From an uncultured Chloroflexia bacterium (GTDB taxonomy: Bacteria; Chloroflexota; Anaerolineae; CG2-30-64-16), in NCBI GenBank assembly GCA_963810095.1, contig CAWEMM010000006.1, positions 32,001 through 96,000 on the forward strand: DNA of 64,000 nt, read 5' to 3'. Of this stretch, positions 34,484 to 44,763 are shown one piece after another (the stretch's first letter is position 1; each line of letters starts with the position of its first letter). A program made the position numbers and the translations under genes. The notes under the pieces were generated by a model, which was given only the letters and a program-made list of their open reading frames with translations, was not told the origin of the DNA and ran no database searches.

Positions 34484-35467
34484 ATGCACACGGTACTTCG
34501 CTCGCGCTCGGGCGTCGAAACGACCATCGGCCCAGACCAGCCGTTCGTGATTATCGGCGAACGCATCAACCCGACGGGCCGGAAGGCGCTGGCCGCGGAA
34601 ATGCTGGCAGGCAACTTCGAGCGGGTGAAGGCCGATGCGCTGGCGCAGGTGCAGGCCGGCGCCACGGTTCTCGACGTCAATGCCGGGCTGGGGGTGGCGA
34701 ACGCCCACGAGCTCGAGCCCGAAGTGATGGTGAAGGCGATCGAGGCGGTGCAGTCGGTGGTCGACGTCCCGCTGTGCATCGACTCGTCGGTGCCGGGCGC
34801 GCTGATTGCCGGGCTGAAGGCCGCGGGCGGCCGCCCACTGATCAACTCGGTGACGGGAGAAGATGACCGGCTCGAAAAGGTGCTCCCGCTGGTCGCCGAG
34901 TACAAGGTCGCCGTCATCGCGATTTCGAACGACGAATCGGGCATCAGCATGGACCCGAAGGTGCGGTTCGAGGTGGCAAAGCGGATCGTCCTGCGCGCGG
35001 AGTCGTACGGCATCCCGCGCGAGGACGTGTTGATCGATCCGCTCGTGATGCCCGTAGGCGCGGTGAATATGGCGGGGCGCGCGGTCCTCGACATCCTGCG
35101 CTGGATTCACGACGAGCTGGGCTGCAACACGGTGTGTGGCGCCAGCAACGTGTCGTTTGGCCTGCCAGACCGGGAAGCTATCAACGCGACGTTCCTGGCC
35201 ATGCTCGTTGCGGGTGGAATGACGAGCGCGATCACGAACCCACTCAAGCCGGAGCTGAAGAAGGCGGTCATGGCAGCAGACATGCTGGTGGGCAACGACG
35301 CGGACTGCATGCGCTGGCTGAAATACCAGCGCCAGCTGTCGAAGGCGGCCGCGAGTGCGCCCGCCGCGCCGGCCCGGGTCGAAGCGCCGCCGGCACCTGC
35401 CAACGCGACGCCGGTGGACGACCGCGAGGCCCGCCGCGCCGCCCGCCGCGCCGAGAGGGGCAGCTAA
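34484..35467 (+). CDS. Methyltetrahydrofolate:corrinoid methyltransferase (pterin-binding TIM barrel, AcsE/MetH folate module)
   Basis: IIGERINPTGRK, LDVNAG, PLCIDSS, LINSV, IDPLV, GASNVSFGLP. Confidence 0.9.
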   Translation: MHTVLRSRSGVETTIGPDQPFVIIGERINPTGRKALAAEMLAGNFERVKADALAQVQAGATVLDVNAGLGVANAHELEPEVMVKAIEAVQSVVDVPLCIDSSVPGALIAGLKAAGGRPLINSVTGEDDRLEKVLPLVAEYKVAVIAISNDESGISMDPKVRFEVAKRIVLRAESYGIPREDVLIDPLVMPVGAVNMAGRAVLDILRWIHDELGCNTVCGASNVSFGLPDREAINATFLAMLVAGGMTSAITNPLKPELKKAVMAADMLVGNDADCMRWLKYQRQLSKAAASAPAAPARVEAPPAPANATPVDDREARRAARRAERGS

Positions 35468-35537
35468 CCACGAAGAACCAAAGAACCGAAGCGCACCGGT
35501 CTTTGTGCGCCTTCTTGTTCTTCGGTTCTTCCTGTGA
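35466..35537. repeat. REP-like palindrome, CACGAAG/CTTCGTG family
   Basis: cacgaagaaccaaagaaccgaag...cttcttgttcttcggttcttcctgtg. Confidence 0.7.
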
Positions 35538-35576
35538 ATCATAGTATCGCCGACAAGTTATTGTTAGGAGCAATTC

Positions 35577-36510
35577 ATGAACCCAGTCCTTCTTAAGCTC
35601 GGGCCCTTCCAGGTGCACTGGTACGGCCTGCTGATCGTGGCCGGTGCCGTGCTGGCGGCGTGGATCTCCACCTTCGAGGCCAAGCGCCGCGGCGAGGACC
35701 CCGAGCACGTGTGGGGGCTCCTCACCTGGTGTTTGATCTTCGGAATCATCGGCGCGCGGCTGTACCATGTTTTTTCCACCCCGACGGGGAACTTCGCCGG
35801 GTGGGCCTATTACCGCGAGAACCCCCTTCAAATCATCGCTTTCTGGAACGGAGGGTTTCGCGGCCTGGGCATTTATGGCGCAGTGGCGGGCGGCGTGCTC
35901 GCGGTCCTGCTCTACACCCGCCGGCACCATCTCAGTCTGCTGCGCTGGCTCGACATCCCTGCGCCCGGTTTGTTGCTGGCCCAAGCCGTGGGCCGCATGG
36001 GCAACCGCATCAACCAGGAACTCTACGGCCCGCGAGACGAACCTGCCGTGGGCGTTTCGCATCGATCCGCGCTTCCCATGCCAGGAGCCTGCCGGCTCAC
36101 CTAACGCGTGCGGGCTGCCCGACCGCCTGACGCCCGAGGCGACGGCGTGGTACCAGTCGCACGGCTTCCACCCGACGTTCTTCTACGAGATGATCTGGAA
36201 CCTCCTTGGCTTCCTCGTGCTGTGGTTCGGGGGCCGGGCGCTGGTCAAAAAGTTGCGCGACGGCGACATCTTCCTCAGCTACATGATCTGGTACGGCGTT
36301 GGTCGCTTCTGGGTGGAGATGTTCCGGCCGGATGCCTGGCGGATGGGCCAGTTGGCGACGGCACAGTGGGTTGCGGTGGGCTTCGTCGTCGCGGGTGTCG
36401 TTGGCATTATCATCAACCACTTACGCCCGCATCGCGCATCACAGGAGCCGGTGACCACCGAGCCCGCGGCAGAGCCGCCGGCCGAATCGGCGAACACAGA
36501 AGCTGCGTAA
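35577..36510 (+). CDS. lgt: Prolipoprotein diacylglyceryl transferase (frameshift near 36035)
   Basis: HWYGL, IIGARLYHV, GLGIYG, QAVGRMGN.INQELYG, HPTFFYE, YGVGRFWVE.FR. Confidence 0.93.
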
Positions 36511-36531
36511 AGTCCGCCGCAGATTTCGGCA

Positions 36532-36565
36532 CAAACCGGGTTCCTCGCCGAACCCGGTTTCTTTT
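36532..36565 (+). terminator. Intrinsic terminator
   Basis: aaaccgggtt-cctcgccg-aacccggttt-ctttt. Confidence 0.75.
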
Positions 36566-36578
36566 GCCACAAGCACCC

Positions 36579-36639
36579 ATCCCCCCTGGGAGGGGATAGT
36601 AGGCAAACTTGCAGAACTCCGGCAGTTGTGTGCTATAAT
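36579..36639 (+). promoter_or_regulatory. CsoR-type operator plus extended -10
   Basis: ATCCCC-cctggga-GGGGAT C/G-tract inverted repeat; TGcTATAAT at 36631-36639. Confidence 0.6.
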
Positions 36640-36667
36640 CTACACAGCAACGGAGGAAATTGGTGTG

Positions 36668-36943
36668 ATGAACGGTGAAACCAAAGCGGGGGTCGTCCGC
36701 CGGCTACAGAGCGTCGAAGGCCACGTCCGCGGCATCCAGCGCATGGTGGAGGAAGACCAGTACTGCATCGACGTGATCAAACAGATCAGTGCGGTACAGG
36801 CGGCGCTCAGCAAAATGCAGCAGATCATCTTGGACGACCATCTTCATTCGTGTGTCACGACGGCGATTCGCGGGGACGATCCCGAACGCCGCGAGGCCGT
36901 GATCGACGAAATCCTCGGCGTATTTTCGATCGCCAATAAGTAA
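36668..36943 (+). CDS. csoR: Copper-sensing repressor CsoR
   Basis: RL..VEGHVRGI..M...YC.DV..Q..AV..AL ... HLHSC (C-H-C ligands). Confidence 0.92.
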   Translation: MNGETKAGVVRRLQSVEGHVRGIQRMVEEDQYCIDVIKQISAVQAALSKMQQIILDDHLHSCVTTAIRGDDPERREAVIDEILGVFSIANK

Positions 36944-37006
36944 GGGCCGCCCGCGGCCGGCGTCCTCAGGGCGCCTCATCAGTATCAATAGCAGGAGGAC
37001 TATCTT

Positions 37007-37216
37007 ATGTCTGTCACCGTCAAGTTGAGCATCCCGAACATTTCCTGCGGTCACTGCACCAAGACCGTCATCCGCGAGACCAAGGACCTGCCCGGCGTAG
37101 AAAACGTCGAGGCGGATATCGAAAGCAAGAGCGCAACATTTACGCTGGCCAGCGAAGCGGACCTCTCTCGGGTGAAGGAAACTCTAGCCGAGATCGGGTA
37201 CCCGGCAGTTAACTGA
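37007..37216 (+). CDS. copZ: Copper chaperone (HMA domain)
   Basis: ISCGHC, GY near C-terminus, AGGAGG RBS. Confidence 0.9.
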   Translation: MSVTVKLSIPNISCGHCTKTVIRETKDLPGVENVEADIESKSATFTLASEADLSRVKETLAEIGYPAVN

Positions 37217-37279
37217 CACGCAGTTTGCGCAGCAGGGGTTATCGAGGGGCCTTGACCCCTGCTGCGCCGGAAATAGAAA

Positions 37280-39689
37280 ATGGCAGAAACCAGACAAATC
37301 ACCCTCCCACTCACCGGCATGACGTGCGCGAACTGCTCCGCCACCATCGAGCGGAACCTGCGCAAGATGCCCGGGGTTGAGCAGGCATCGGTCAACTACG
37401 CCACCGAAAAGGCCACCGTCGCTTTTGACCCGGGCCAAACGAGCGAGTCGGCGATGACCTCGCTGATTAGCGATCTCGGTTACGGCGTGGCCGCGGGCAA
37501 GCTTGAAATCCCGGTCAGCGGCATGACGTGCGCCAACTGCGCGGCGACCATCGAGCGGAACCTCAAGAAGATGCCGGGCGTGGTCAACGCGAACGTCAAC
37601 TATGCGACCGAGCGCGCGACCGTCGAGTTCATCCCGACCCTGGTCAATTACAGCGACATCAAGCGGAAGATCGTCGACGTGGGGTACGGCGTCATCGAGT
37701 CGAGCGCGGGCAGCCGGCCGGCCGATGTGGAGGCTGAAGCGCGCGATCGTGAGATTGCCCAACAGCGCCGTATGCTGTGGGTGGGCGTTGCACTGACCAT
37801 CCCGATTTTCCTGATCGGCATGGCCAACATGCTGGGCCTGCTCGAGCACATGGGGTGGTCCAACTGGCTCATGTTCTTACTGGCCACGCCCGTGCAGTTT
37901 TATGTTGGCGGCCAATATTACGTCGGCGGGTACAAGGCCCTCAAGAACGGCAGCGCCAACATGGACGTGCTGATCGCGTTGGGCTCGTCGGCCGCGTACT
38001 TCTACAGCGTAGCCGTGCTGCTGTTCCCGATGCAGCTGGGCATGACGGTTTATTTCGAGACCTCCGCGCTGATCATCACCCTCATTAAGGTCGGCAAGTA
38101 CCTCGAAGCCGTGGCCAAGGGCCGGACCAGCGCAGCCATCAAGGCGCTCATGGGGCTGCAGGCCAAAACGGCCCGGGTCGTGCGCGACGGGGTCGAGCAG
38201 GACGTGCCCGTCGAAGACGTGATGCCGGGCGACACGGTGATCGTGCGGCCGGGCGAAAAGCTGCCGGTCGATGGGATCGTCCTGGACGGCCGGTCGTCGG
38301 TCGACGAGTCGATGCTGACCGGCGAAAGCCTGCCCGTGGACAAGCGGCCGGGCAGCGAGGTCATCGGCGCCACCATCAACAAGTCGGGCATGTTGACCAT
38401 CCAGGCGACGAAGGTGGGCGCCGACAGCGCGCTGGCCCAGATCGTCCGCCTGGTGGAAGAGGCCCAGGGGTCGAAGGCTCCGATCCAGGCGCTGGCCGAT
38501 AAGGTGTCGGGCGTGTTCGTGCCCATCGTGATCGCGATTGCGCTGCTGACGTTCCTCGGCTGGTACTTCATTGCGGACGCCGGCTTCACGACGGCCATGA
38601 TCAACATGGTGGCCGTGCTGGTGATCGCGTGCCCCTGCGCACTCGGTCTCGCCACGCCGACCGCCATCATGGTGGGCACAGGCAAGGGCGCGCAGAACGG
38701 CATCCTGTTCCGCAGCTCCGACGCACTCGAACGGGCCGAGAAGCTGCAGGTGGTCGTACTCGACAAGACGGGAACGATCACACAGGGGAAGCCCGCGGTC
38801 ACCGACGTGCTGCCCTACGGCACCGGCGAAGGCGAGCTGCTGCGGCTGGTGGCTTCGGCAGAGCGCGGGTCGGAGCATCCGCTGGGTGAAGCGATCGTGA
38901 ACGCGGCGAATGAGCGCGGCTTGAAGTTGGAGCAGCCGGCCGCATTCGAGGCCATCGCAGGCCACGGCATTCGCCGCGACGCTCGGCGAGCGCACTCTCG
39001 TCGTGGGCACCGCCCGGCTGATGGGGAACGAGGGGATCGGCCTCGGACCGGCCCAGGCAGACGTGGAGTGCCTGCAGGCCGAAGGCAAGACCGCGGTACT
39101 TGCCGCCATCGACGGCAAGATCGCGGGCGTTATCGGCATCGCGGATACGGTCAAGGCCGGCGCCGCAGACGCGATCGGCGGGCTCAAGAAGCAGGGGCTG
39201 AAGGTTGTGATGCTGACCGGCGACAACCAACGGACCGCGGCTGCGATCGCGGGCCAGGTTGGCATCGACGAAGTGCGCGCCGAGGTCCTGCCCGGCGACA
39301 AGGCGAACCAGGTGAAGGCCATCCAGGGCACTGCGAAAACCGTCGTGGCCATGGTCGGCGACGGGATCAACGATGCGCCTGCGCTGGCCCAGGCCGACGT
39401 GGGCATGGCCATCGGCACGGGCACCGACGTAGCGATGGAGACGGCCGGGGTGACGCTGATGAGCGGCGACCTGCACGGGGTGCGCAAGGCGATCGCATTG
39501 AGCCGGGCGGTCATGCGTACAATCAAGCAGAACCTGTTCTGGGCCTTCTTCTACAACGTGATCCTGATCCCCGTGGCTGTCGCGGGGCTGCTGCACAACG
39601 CACCCTGGCTGGCGGCTGCGGCCATGGCGTTTTCGTCGATCTTCGTCGTCTCTAATTCTCTCCGGCTGCGCGGGTTCAAGATGGCGTAG
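37280..39689 (+). CDS. copA: Cu(I)-exporting P1B-type ATPase (frameshift near 38975)
   Basis: Two GMTCANC domains, [49 protein letters not shown]. Confidence 0.95.
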
Positions 39690-39693
39690 CGAC

Positions 39694-39754
39694 GGGGGCG
39701 AGGCGTTCTGGACCCAGTGCACCTGCGCCGAGGTCCAGAACGCCTCGCCTCTAC
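39694..39754. repeat. GTAG-type REP-like hairpin / terminator after copA
   Basis: ggcgaggcgttctggacc...ggtccagaacgcctcgcctctac. Confidence 0.7.
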
Positions 39755-39813
39755 TGTGACTAAAAACACTTGTGACCTTTGTCATTGACACCTTTGGGCA
39801 CTGATGCTATACT
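39755..39813 (+). promoter_or_regulatory. ccm operon promoter with upstream TGTGA boxes
   Basis: TTGACA(39785)-17 nt-TATACT(39808) with extended TG; TGTGA-N6-TCAtt at 39771-39786. Confidence 0.75.
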
Positions 39814-39856
39814 CCGGCTTGTCAGCCAGAAGGCAATAACATCACGCGGAGGAATG

Positions 39857-40429
39857 ATGGCGGAAAGCTCGACCATCCTAAAGGGCGCTGTAACGACCCA
39901 CAAGGCGAATAGCAAGGTGAAGTTCATCGTAGGCGGCCTGGTCATCGTGGGCCTGATCGCTTATTTGATCATTTCGTCCATTTCCAGCGCAGGCGCCTAC
40001 TATCGCGAGGTGGGCGAGGTGCTGGCGCAGCGTGATGCGCTGGTGGGCAAGAGCCTGCGGGTGAGCGGCAACATCGTCACCGAGAGCGTCACCTACGACG
40101 CGGCCAAGCTGGACCTCAACTTCCTCGTCTCCGATCCGAAGGACCCGACCAAGCAATTGGCGGTCTATTTCCACGGGGTTAAGCCGGACCAGATGACGCG
40201 CGAAGGCTCGAGCGCCATCATCGAAGGGACGCTGAGCACCGGCGGAACGGGCGGCAGCGGCAACAGCGGCGGGGGCGGGAGTAGCAGCAACAGTGGCGGC
40301 GGCAGCGGCAAAGGCGGAATGGTCGCCGGAGCCGGTGCTACGGTCGTCGCGAACAACTTGCTCCTCAAGTGCCCGTCGCGCTACGAAGAACAGGGTATCG
40401 AAGAAATCAAGGTCGAGGCTGTCAAATAG
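39857..40429 (+). CDS. ccmE: Haem chaperone CcmE, CxxxY type
   Basis: N-terminal TM, YY..V.E, RVSG, V.F.G.KPD, I.EG, LLLKCPSRY. Confidence 0.9.
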   Translation: MAESSTILKGAVTTHKANSKVKFIVGGLVIVGLIAYLIISSISSAGAYYREVGEVLAQRDALVGKSLRVSGNIVTESVTYDAAKLDLNFLVSDPKDPTKQLAVYFHGVKPDQMTREGSSAIIEGTLSTGGTGGSGNSGGGGSSSNSGGGSGKGGMVAGAGATVVANNLLLKCPSRYEEQGIEEIKVEAVK

Positions 40430-40578
40430 TCCTCCGCCCATAATCCCTAACGCACATCGTCAGACCTGGCAGGTCTCTAGGGGCCTGTCAGGTCTATTGC
40501 TGTAAATTAGCCGGACCCGCCAGGTTGCTCCGAAAGCCCTCGGGTTCAGACTCGTCTTTCAGAAAGACCCTTCGCTGC

Positions 40579-42375
40579 ATGAAACTGACACGCTTATTCC
40601 TCATCGGCGCGCTCGTCGTCCTGATCGCCCTGCCCGCCGCATCCGCCCTGGCGCAAGAGGCGCCCACCCCTGCCGCACCCGCTGAAAGCGCCGTCACTCC
40701 GCCCGAACCGCTGAGCGGCCAGGCGAACTGGGTTCAGAACTGCGCGCCGTGCCACGGGACGACGGGCAAGGGCGATGGTCCGAGCGCCGCCGGGCTGGGC
40801 CGTACGCCGGCCGCGCTGGGCGACTACAAGGCTATCGCTGCGAAGTCGCTGCAGGAACTCTTCGACGTGACCAAGAACGGACGCATGCAGCAGATGATGC
40901 CACCGTGGAAGAACCAGCTGAGCGACCAGGAGATTTGGAACACGGTCGCGTACGCCTGGAGCCTCCACACGAGCCGCGAGGAAGTGGACCAGGGCAAGAC
41001 GGTTTACGAGGCCAACTGTGCGTCGTGCCACGGTGCAGACGGCAAAGCCGGCACGGGTGGGGCCCCCAACCTCGCCGACTTTGCCAAGACCAGCCAGGTG
41101 AGCCAGGCCCAGTGGGCCGATGCTGTCGCCAAGGGCAAGGGCACGATGCCGGGGTTCGCCGGCAAGCTGAGCGACGCGGACCAGCAGGCCGCACTCACCT
41201 ACGCCCGGCAGCTTTCGCTGGGCGGGCCGCTCTTCCGCGAGGCGCTCACCAAGGGCACCGGCGTCATCAGCGGCACGGTCACCAACAAGACGACGGACAA
41301 ACCCTACGCCGATGCGACCGTCACCCTGGGTATTTTTGACCAGGCCAGCCAGCTCGAACAGCGGACGATCAAAACCGACGCCGACGGCTTCTACAAGTTC
41401 GACCAACTGCCGACGGACAGCACCCTGGCCTATGGCGTGCGAGTCGAGTACCCCGCCGGCGTCCCTTACACCTCCGAGTTCGTTAGCCTCGAGCCGGGCA
41501 AGGCCGAGGCGAACCTTCCCGTCCTGGTGTATGACACGACGACCGACGGAGCGGGCATCCGCGCGGAGCGCGTGCACTACATCGTCGAGTTTGACGCGGG
41601 CCGCGCGCTGATTGCCGAACTGGTCGTGCTGAGCCTCGACGGGGATAAGGCCTACGTGGGCGACGGCAACCACGTCCTGCGCTTTCCGCTGCCCGCGGGA
41701 GCACAAGACCTGAGCGTCAACGAGGGCCAGTTGGGCGAGCGGTTCATCCAGATCGACAACGGGTTTGTCGATCGCCTCGCGCTCACGCCCGGCCAGAACA
41801 GCCGCCAGATCCTGTACCGCTACACGCTGCCCTACCAGGGCACCAGCCTCGACCTCGTGCGCTCGCTGCCCTACCCCGCCACAGCCGTCAACGCGCTCGT
41901 TTCGGACGTGGGCGAGAAGGTCACCAGCCCTGACATGAGCGACGGCGGCCGCCGCGACACGCAGAACGGCGCCTATTTCACCTTCACCCAGCCCGACGTG
42001 GCGGCTAACCAGCAGGTGCGCCTCAGCATGACGGGCCTGCCCGACGCCGCTGCGGCAGCCTCGGGCGCGGCGACAGGCGCAAGCACGACGGCTACGGCTA
42101 CTGGCGTCGGCGGTCTCGACCGGCGCATCCTCATGGGCTTGATTGCCACGGTGGCGGCCATCGCCGCGTTCCTCGTCGCCCTGCCCATCGCACTGCGGCG
42201 GCGCCAGCAGGCGAGCCTGGTGGGCGAGGGTCTGGACCGTGACGAATTGATCGACGCGCTGGCCCGGTTGGACCTCGCGTACGAGGCGGGCGAAATCGGC
42301 GAGTCCAGGTATCGCGACGAGCGGATGCAGCTGAAGGCCCAGTTGCGCGACGCGCTGCGCGCAGATTCAGAGTAG
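40579..42375 (+). CDS. Secreted dihaem c-type cytochrome fused to Ig-like domains, C-terminal TM and CcmI-like tail
   Basis: Signal peptide, CAPCH...MPPW, CASCH...MPGF, ISGTV.N.T...V.L...TD.DG.Y.F, TM, RDELIDALARLDLAYEAGEI...Y. Confidence 0.8.
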   Translation: MKLTRLFLIGALVVLIALPAASALAQEAPTPAAPAESAVTPPEPLSGQANWVQNCAPCHGTTGKGDGPSAAGLGRTPAALGDYKAIAAKSLQELFDVTKNGRMQQMMPPWKNQLSDQEIWNTVAYAWSLHTSREEVDQGKTVYEANCASCHGADGKAGTGGAPNLADFAKTSQVSQAQWADAVAKGKGTMPGFAGKLSDADQQAALTYARQLSLGGPLFREALTKGTGVISGTVTNKTTDKPYADATVTLGIFDQASQLEQRTIKTDADGFYKFDQLPTDSTLAYGVRVEYPAGVPYTSEFVSLEPGKAEANLPVLVYDTTTDGAGIRAERVHYIVEFDAGRALIAELVVLSLDGDKAYVGDGNHVLRFPLPAGAQDLSVNEGQLGERFIQIDNGFVDRLALTPGQNSRQILYRYTLPYQGTSLDLVRSLPYPATAVNALVSDVGEKVTSPDMSDGGRRDTQNGAYFTFTQPDVAANQQVRLSMTGLPDAAAAASGAATGASTTATATGVGGLDRRILMGLIATVAAIAAFLVALPIALRRRQQASLVGEGLDRDELIDALARLDLAYEAGEIGESRYRDERMQLKAQLRDALRADSE

Positions 42376-42480
42376 TTCACCACCAAGACTCGAAGACACA
42401 CAGCGCCACTAAGGACCCCTGGTGAGCCCTCGTGTCTTTGGGCCTTCGTGGTTCACGCAGTGTCACTGTAGGGAACAACC

Positions 42481-43284
42481 TTGGCTGAAGCAGATATCCC
42501 GATGATCGAGGTGCGGAACCTCGTCAAGTCGTTCGGCGCGAAGTACGCGCTCCGCGGGGTGAACCTGCGCGTGATGCCCGGCGAATCGCTCGTCTTGTTC
42601 GGCCCGAATGGCGCGGGGAAGTCGACCTTGGTCCGCATCCTCTCGAGCCTCAGCCGGCCGTCGGGCGGCACGGTGCAGATCGGCGGTTTGGACCTGGCGA
42701 AGCACGCGGATGGCATCCGGCGCTACCTGGGCGTCGTCTCCCATGCCCCCCTGCTCTACGACAGCCTGACGGCCGAAGAAAACCTGAAGTTCTTCGCCGG
42801 GCTGTACGGCATGAACCACCCGGAAGAGCGGATCAAGGCCATGCTGCAGCGGGTGGGCCTGTGGCCGCGGCGCGCCGACCTCGTCCGGACTTTCTCGCGC
42901 GGCATGGTGCAGCGCATGGCCATCGCGTGGGCGCTGCTGCACGACCCTGAGGTCATCCTGCTCGACGAGCCCGACACGGGGCTGGACCCACAGGCGGCCG
43001 AAATGCTGCACGGACTGCTGTCCGAGCTAAGCGGGCGAACGACGATCAGCGCGCTGGGCGGGGGGACCGTGGAGCGGCCGCGCACCATCGTGACCGTGAC
43101 GCACAGCATCGAACGCGGCCTCGCCATTGCCGACAAAGTGGTCATCCTGGCCAACGGCCGGGTCGCCTACGAGTCGACGGTAGCCGGGATGACTGCGGCC
43201 GAATTCCGTCCGATTTACGATCAGGCGTGCCTGGCGCCGCAGGGTGCGGGCAAGAATGGCGCGCGCAGCGGAGGCGGCCAATGA
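42481..43284 (+). CDS. ccmA: Haem exporter ATP-binding protein
   Basis: GPNGAGKS, LYDSLTAEENL, FSRGM, LLDEP; precedes ccmB and ccmC. Confidence 0.88.
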   Translation: MAEADIPMIEVRNLVKSFGAKYALRGVNLRVMPGESLVLFGPNGAGKSTLVRILSSLSRPSGGTVQIGGLDLAKHADGIRRYLGVVSHAPLLYDSLTAEENLKFFAGLYGMNHPEERIKAMLQRVGLWPRRADLVRTFSRGMVQRMAIAWALLHDPEVILLDEPDTGLDPQAAEMLHGLLSELSGRTTISALGGGTVERPRTIVTVTHSIERGLAIADKVVILANGRVAYESTVAGMTAAEFRPIYDQACLAPQGAGKNGARSGGGQ

Positions 43285-43952
43285 ACTTCTGGAAGGCCGT
43301 CGGCGCGATCATCTGGAAGGACATTCGGGCGGAGCTGCGCACGAAGGACATCTTCAGCAGCATGTTCGTGTTCGCGCTGCTGTCGGTGATCGTGTTCAAC
43401 TTTGCGTTCGAGCTGCGCGTGCCCGACATGAAGATGGTGGCGCCCGGAATCGTCTGGGTAGCCATCACGTTTGCCGGGACGCTTGGCCTGAACCGAGCGT
43501 TCGTGATCGAGCAGGACAAGGGGAGCCTGGCGGGGCTGCTGCTGGCGCCGGTGGACCGGGCGGCGATTTACTTCGGCAAGATGTTCGGCAACCTGATCTT
43601 CATCTTTGTCGTCGAGGTCATCCTGCTGCCGCTCATCACGCTCTTTTTCAACATCTCGCTGTTGACGTGGCAGAATATCCTCGTGCTGCTGTTGGGCACG
43701 TACGGGTTTGCAGCGGTGGGCACCGTGTTCTCGGCCATGGCGGTCAACACTCGGGCACGCGAAGTCATGCTGCCCATCCTGCTGTTCCCCGTCCTGCTGC
43801 CGGTCCTGGTGGCCGGGGTCAAGATGACGGGCGCGCTGCTGGACGGCGAGACGCTGAGCAGCGTTGCCAACTGGCTGCAGTTGGTCGCAATTTACGATGT
43901 CGGGTTCACCGTCGTCGCGTACCTGACATTTGGGTTTGTGGTGGAAGAATAG
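43281..43952 (+). CDS. ccmB: Haem exporter permease
   Basis: WKD.RAE.R, FNFAF, APG..W..I.FAG.LGLNR.F..E, RE..LP.LLFP. Confidence 0.92.
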   Translation: MNFWKAVGAIIWKDIRAELRTKDIFSSMFVFALLSVIVFNFAFELRVPDMKMVAPGIVWVAITFAGTLGLNRAFVIEQDKGSLAGLLLAPVDRAAIYFGKMFGNLIFIFVVEVILLPLITLFFNISLLTWQNILVLLLGTYGFAAVGTVFSAMAVNTRAREVMLPILLFPVLLPVLVAGVKMTGALLDGETLSSVANWLQLVAIYDVGFTVVAYLTFGFVVEE

Positions 43953-44058
43953 CGAAACCATTAAGGACCAAAGACACGAAGGCTCACCAAGATTTTCCTG
44001 AAGAACCTTTGTGGAACCCAGGTTGTTCGTGTCTTCGTGGTTAAGGGAAAGGCGGCAT

Positions 44059-44763
44059 ATGGCAACTAACTCACGGGGTTCGACGGCGCTGACCGTCTTT
44101 ACGGTCGTCGTTGCGCTGCTGATCTTGTTCTCGGCATACATGGCCCTGGTGGGCGCACCGCCGGCCGCGGGCCTGACGCAAGACGAAACATTCGCGCAGC
44201 GCATCATCTACTTCCACGTGCCCAGCGCCTGGTTGAGCATGTTGGCGTTCGGCGTCACGATGGTCGCCAGCATTGGCTACCTCATCACGTCGAAGCGGCT
44301 CTGGGACAGCCTGGCCGTTTCCTCGGCCGAAATCGGGCTGGTCTTTACCCTTGCGGCGACTGCCAGCGGCGCGATCTGGGCGAAACCGGCCTGGAACGTG
44401 TGGTGGACCTGGGACCCGCGTCTCACCACCTACACGATCATGTTCCTGCTCTTCGTGGCGTACTTCATGCTGCGGAGCGCGATGGAAGACCAGGCCCGGC
44501 GCGCGCGCTTCTCGGCAGTGTATGGGATCTTTGCGTTCCTCAGCGTGCCCATCACGTTTATGTCGATCCGTTGGTGGCGCACCATTCACCCGGTCCTGAT
44601 CGATCCGAAGTCCGGCTTCGGCCTGGGGCCCGGCATGATGACTGCATTCTTTGTGAGCCTCTTCTCGTTCACGCTGTTGTACGTCGTGCTGCTGCTGCAC
44701 CGCTACCGGCTCGAGCGCACGAAGGAGCAGGTCGAAGAGCTGAAGGAACAGTTCGGGTACTAG
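44059..44763 (+). CDS. ccmC: Haem-handling protein CcmC
   Basis: RIIYFHVP, SAEIG, WAKPAWNVWWTWDPRLT (WWD), RTIHP. Confidence 0.95.
   Translation: MATNSRGSTALTVFTVVVALLILFSAYMALVGAPPAAGLTQDETFAQRIIYFHVPSAWLSMLAFGVTMVASIGYLITSKRLWDSLAVSSAEIGLVFTLAATASGAIWAKPAWNVWWTWDPRLTTYTIMFLLFVAYFMLRSAMEDQARRARFSAVYGIFAFLSVPITFMSIRWWRTIHPVLIDPKSGFGLGPGMMTAFFVSLFSFTLLYVVLLLHRYRLERTKEQVEELKEQFGY

Noticed and set aside
34484-35467. Dihydropteroate synthase folP
   Set aside because: The GERINPTG and SNVSFGLP motifs and the corrinoid context indicate a methyl-THF methyltransferase.
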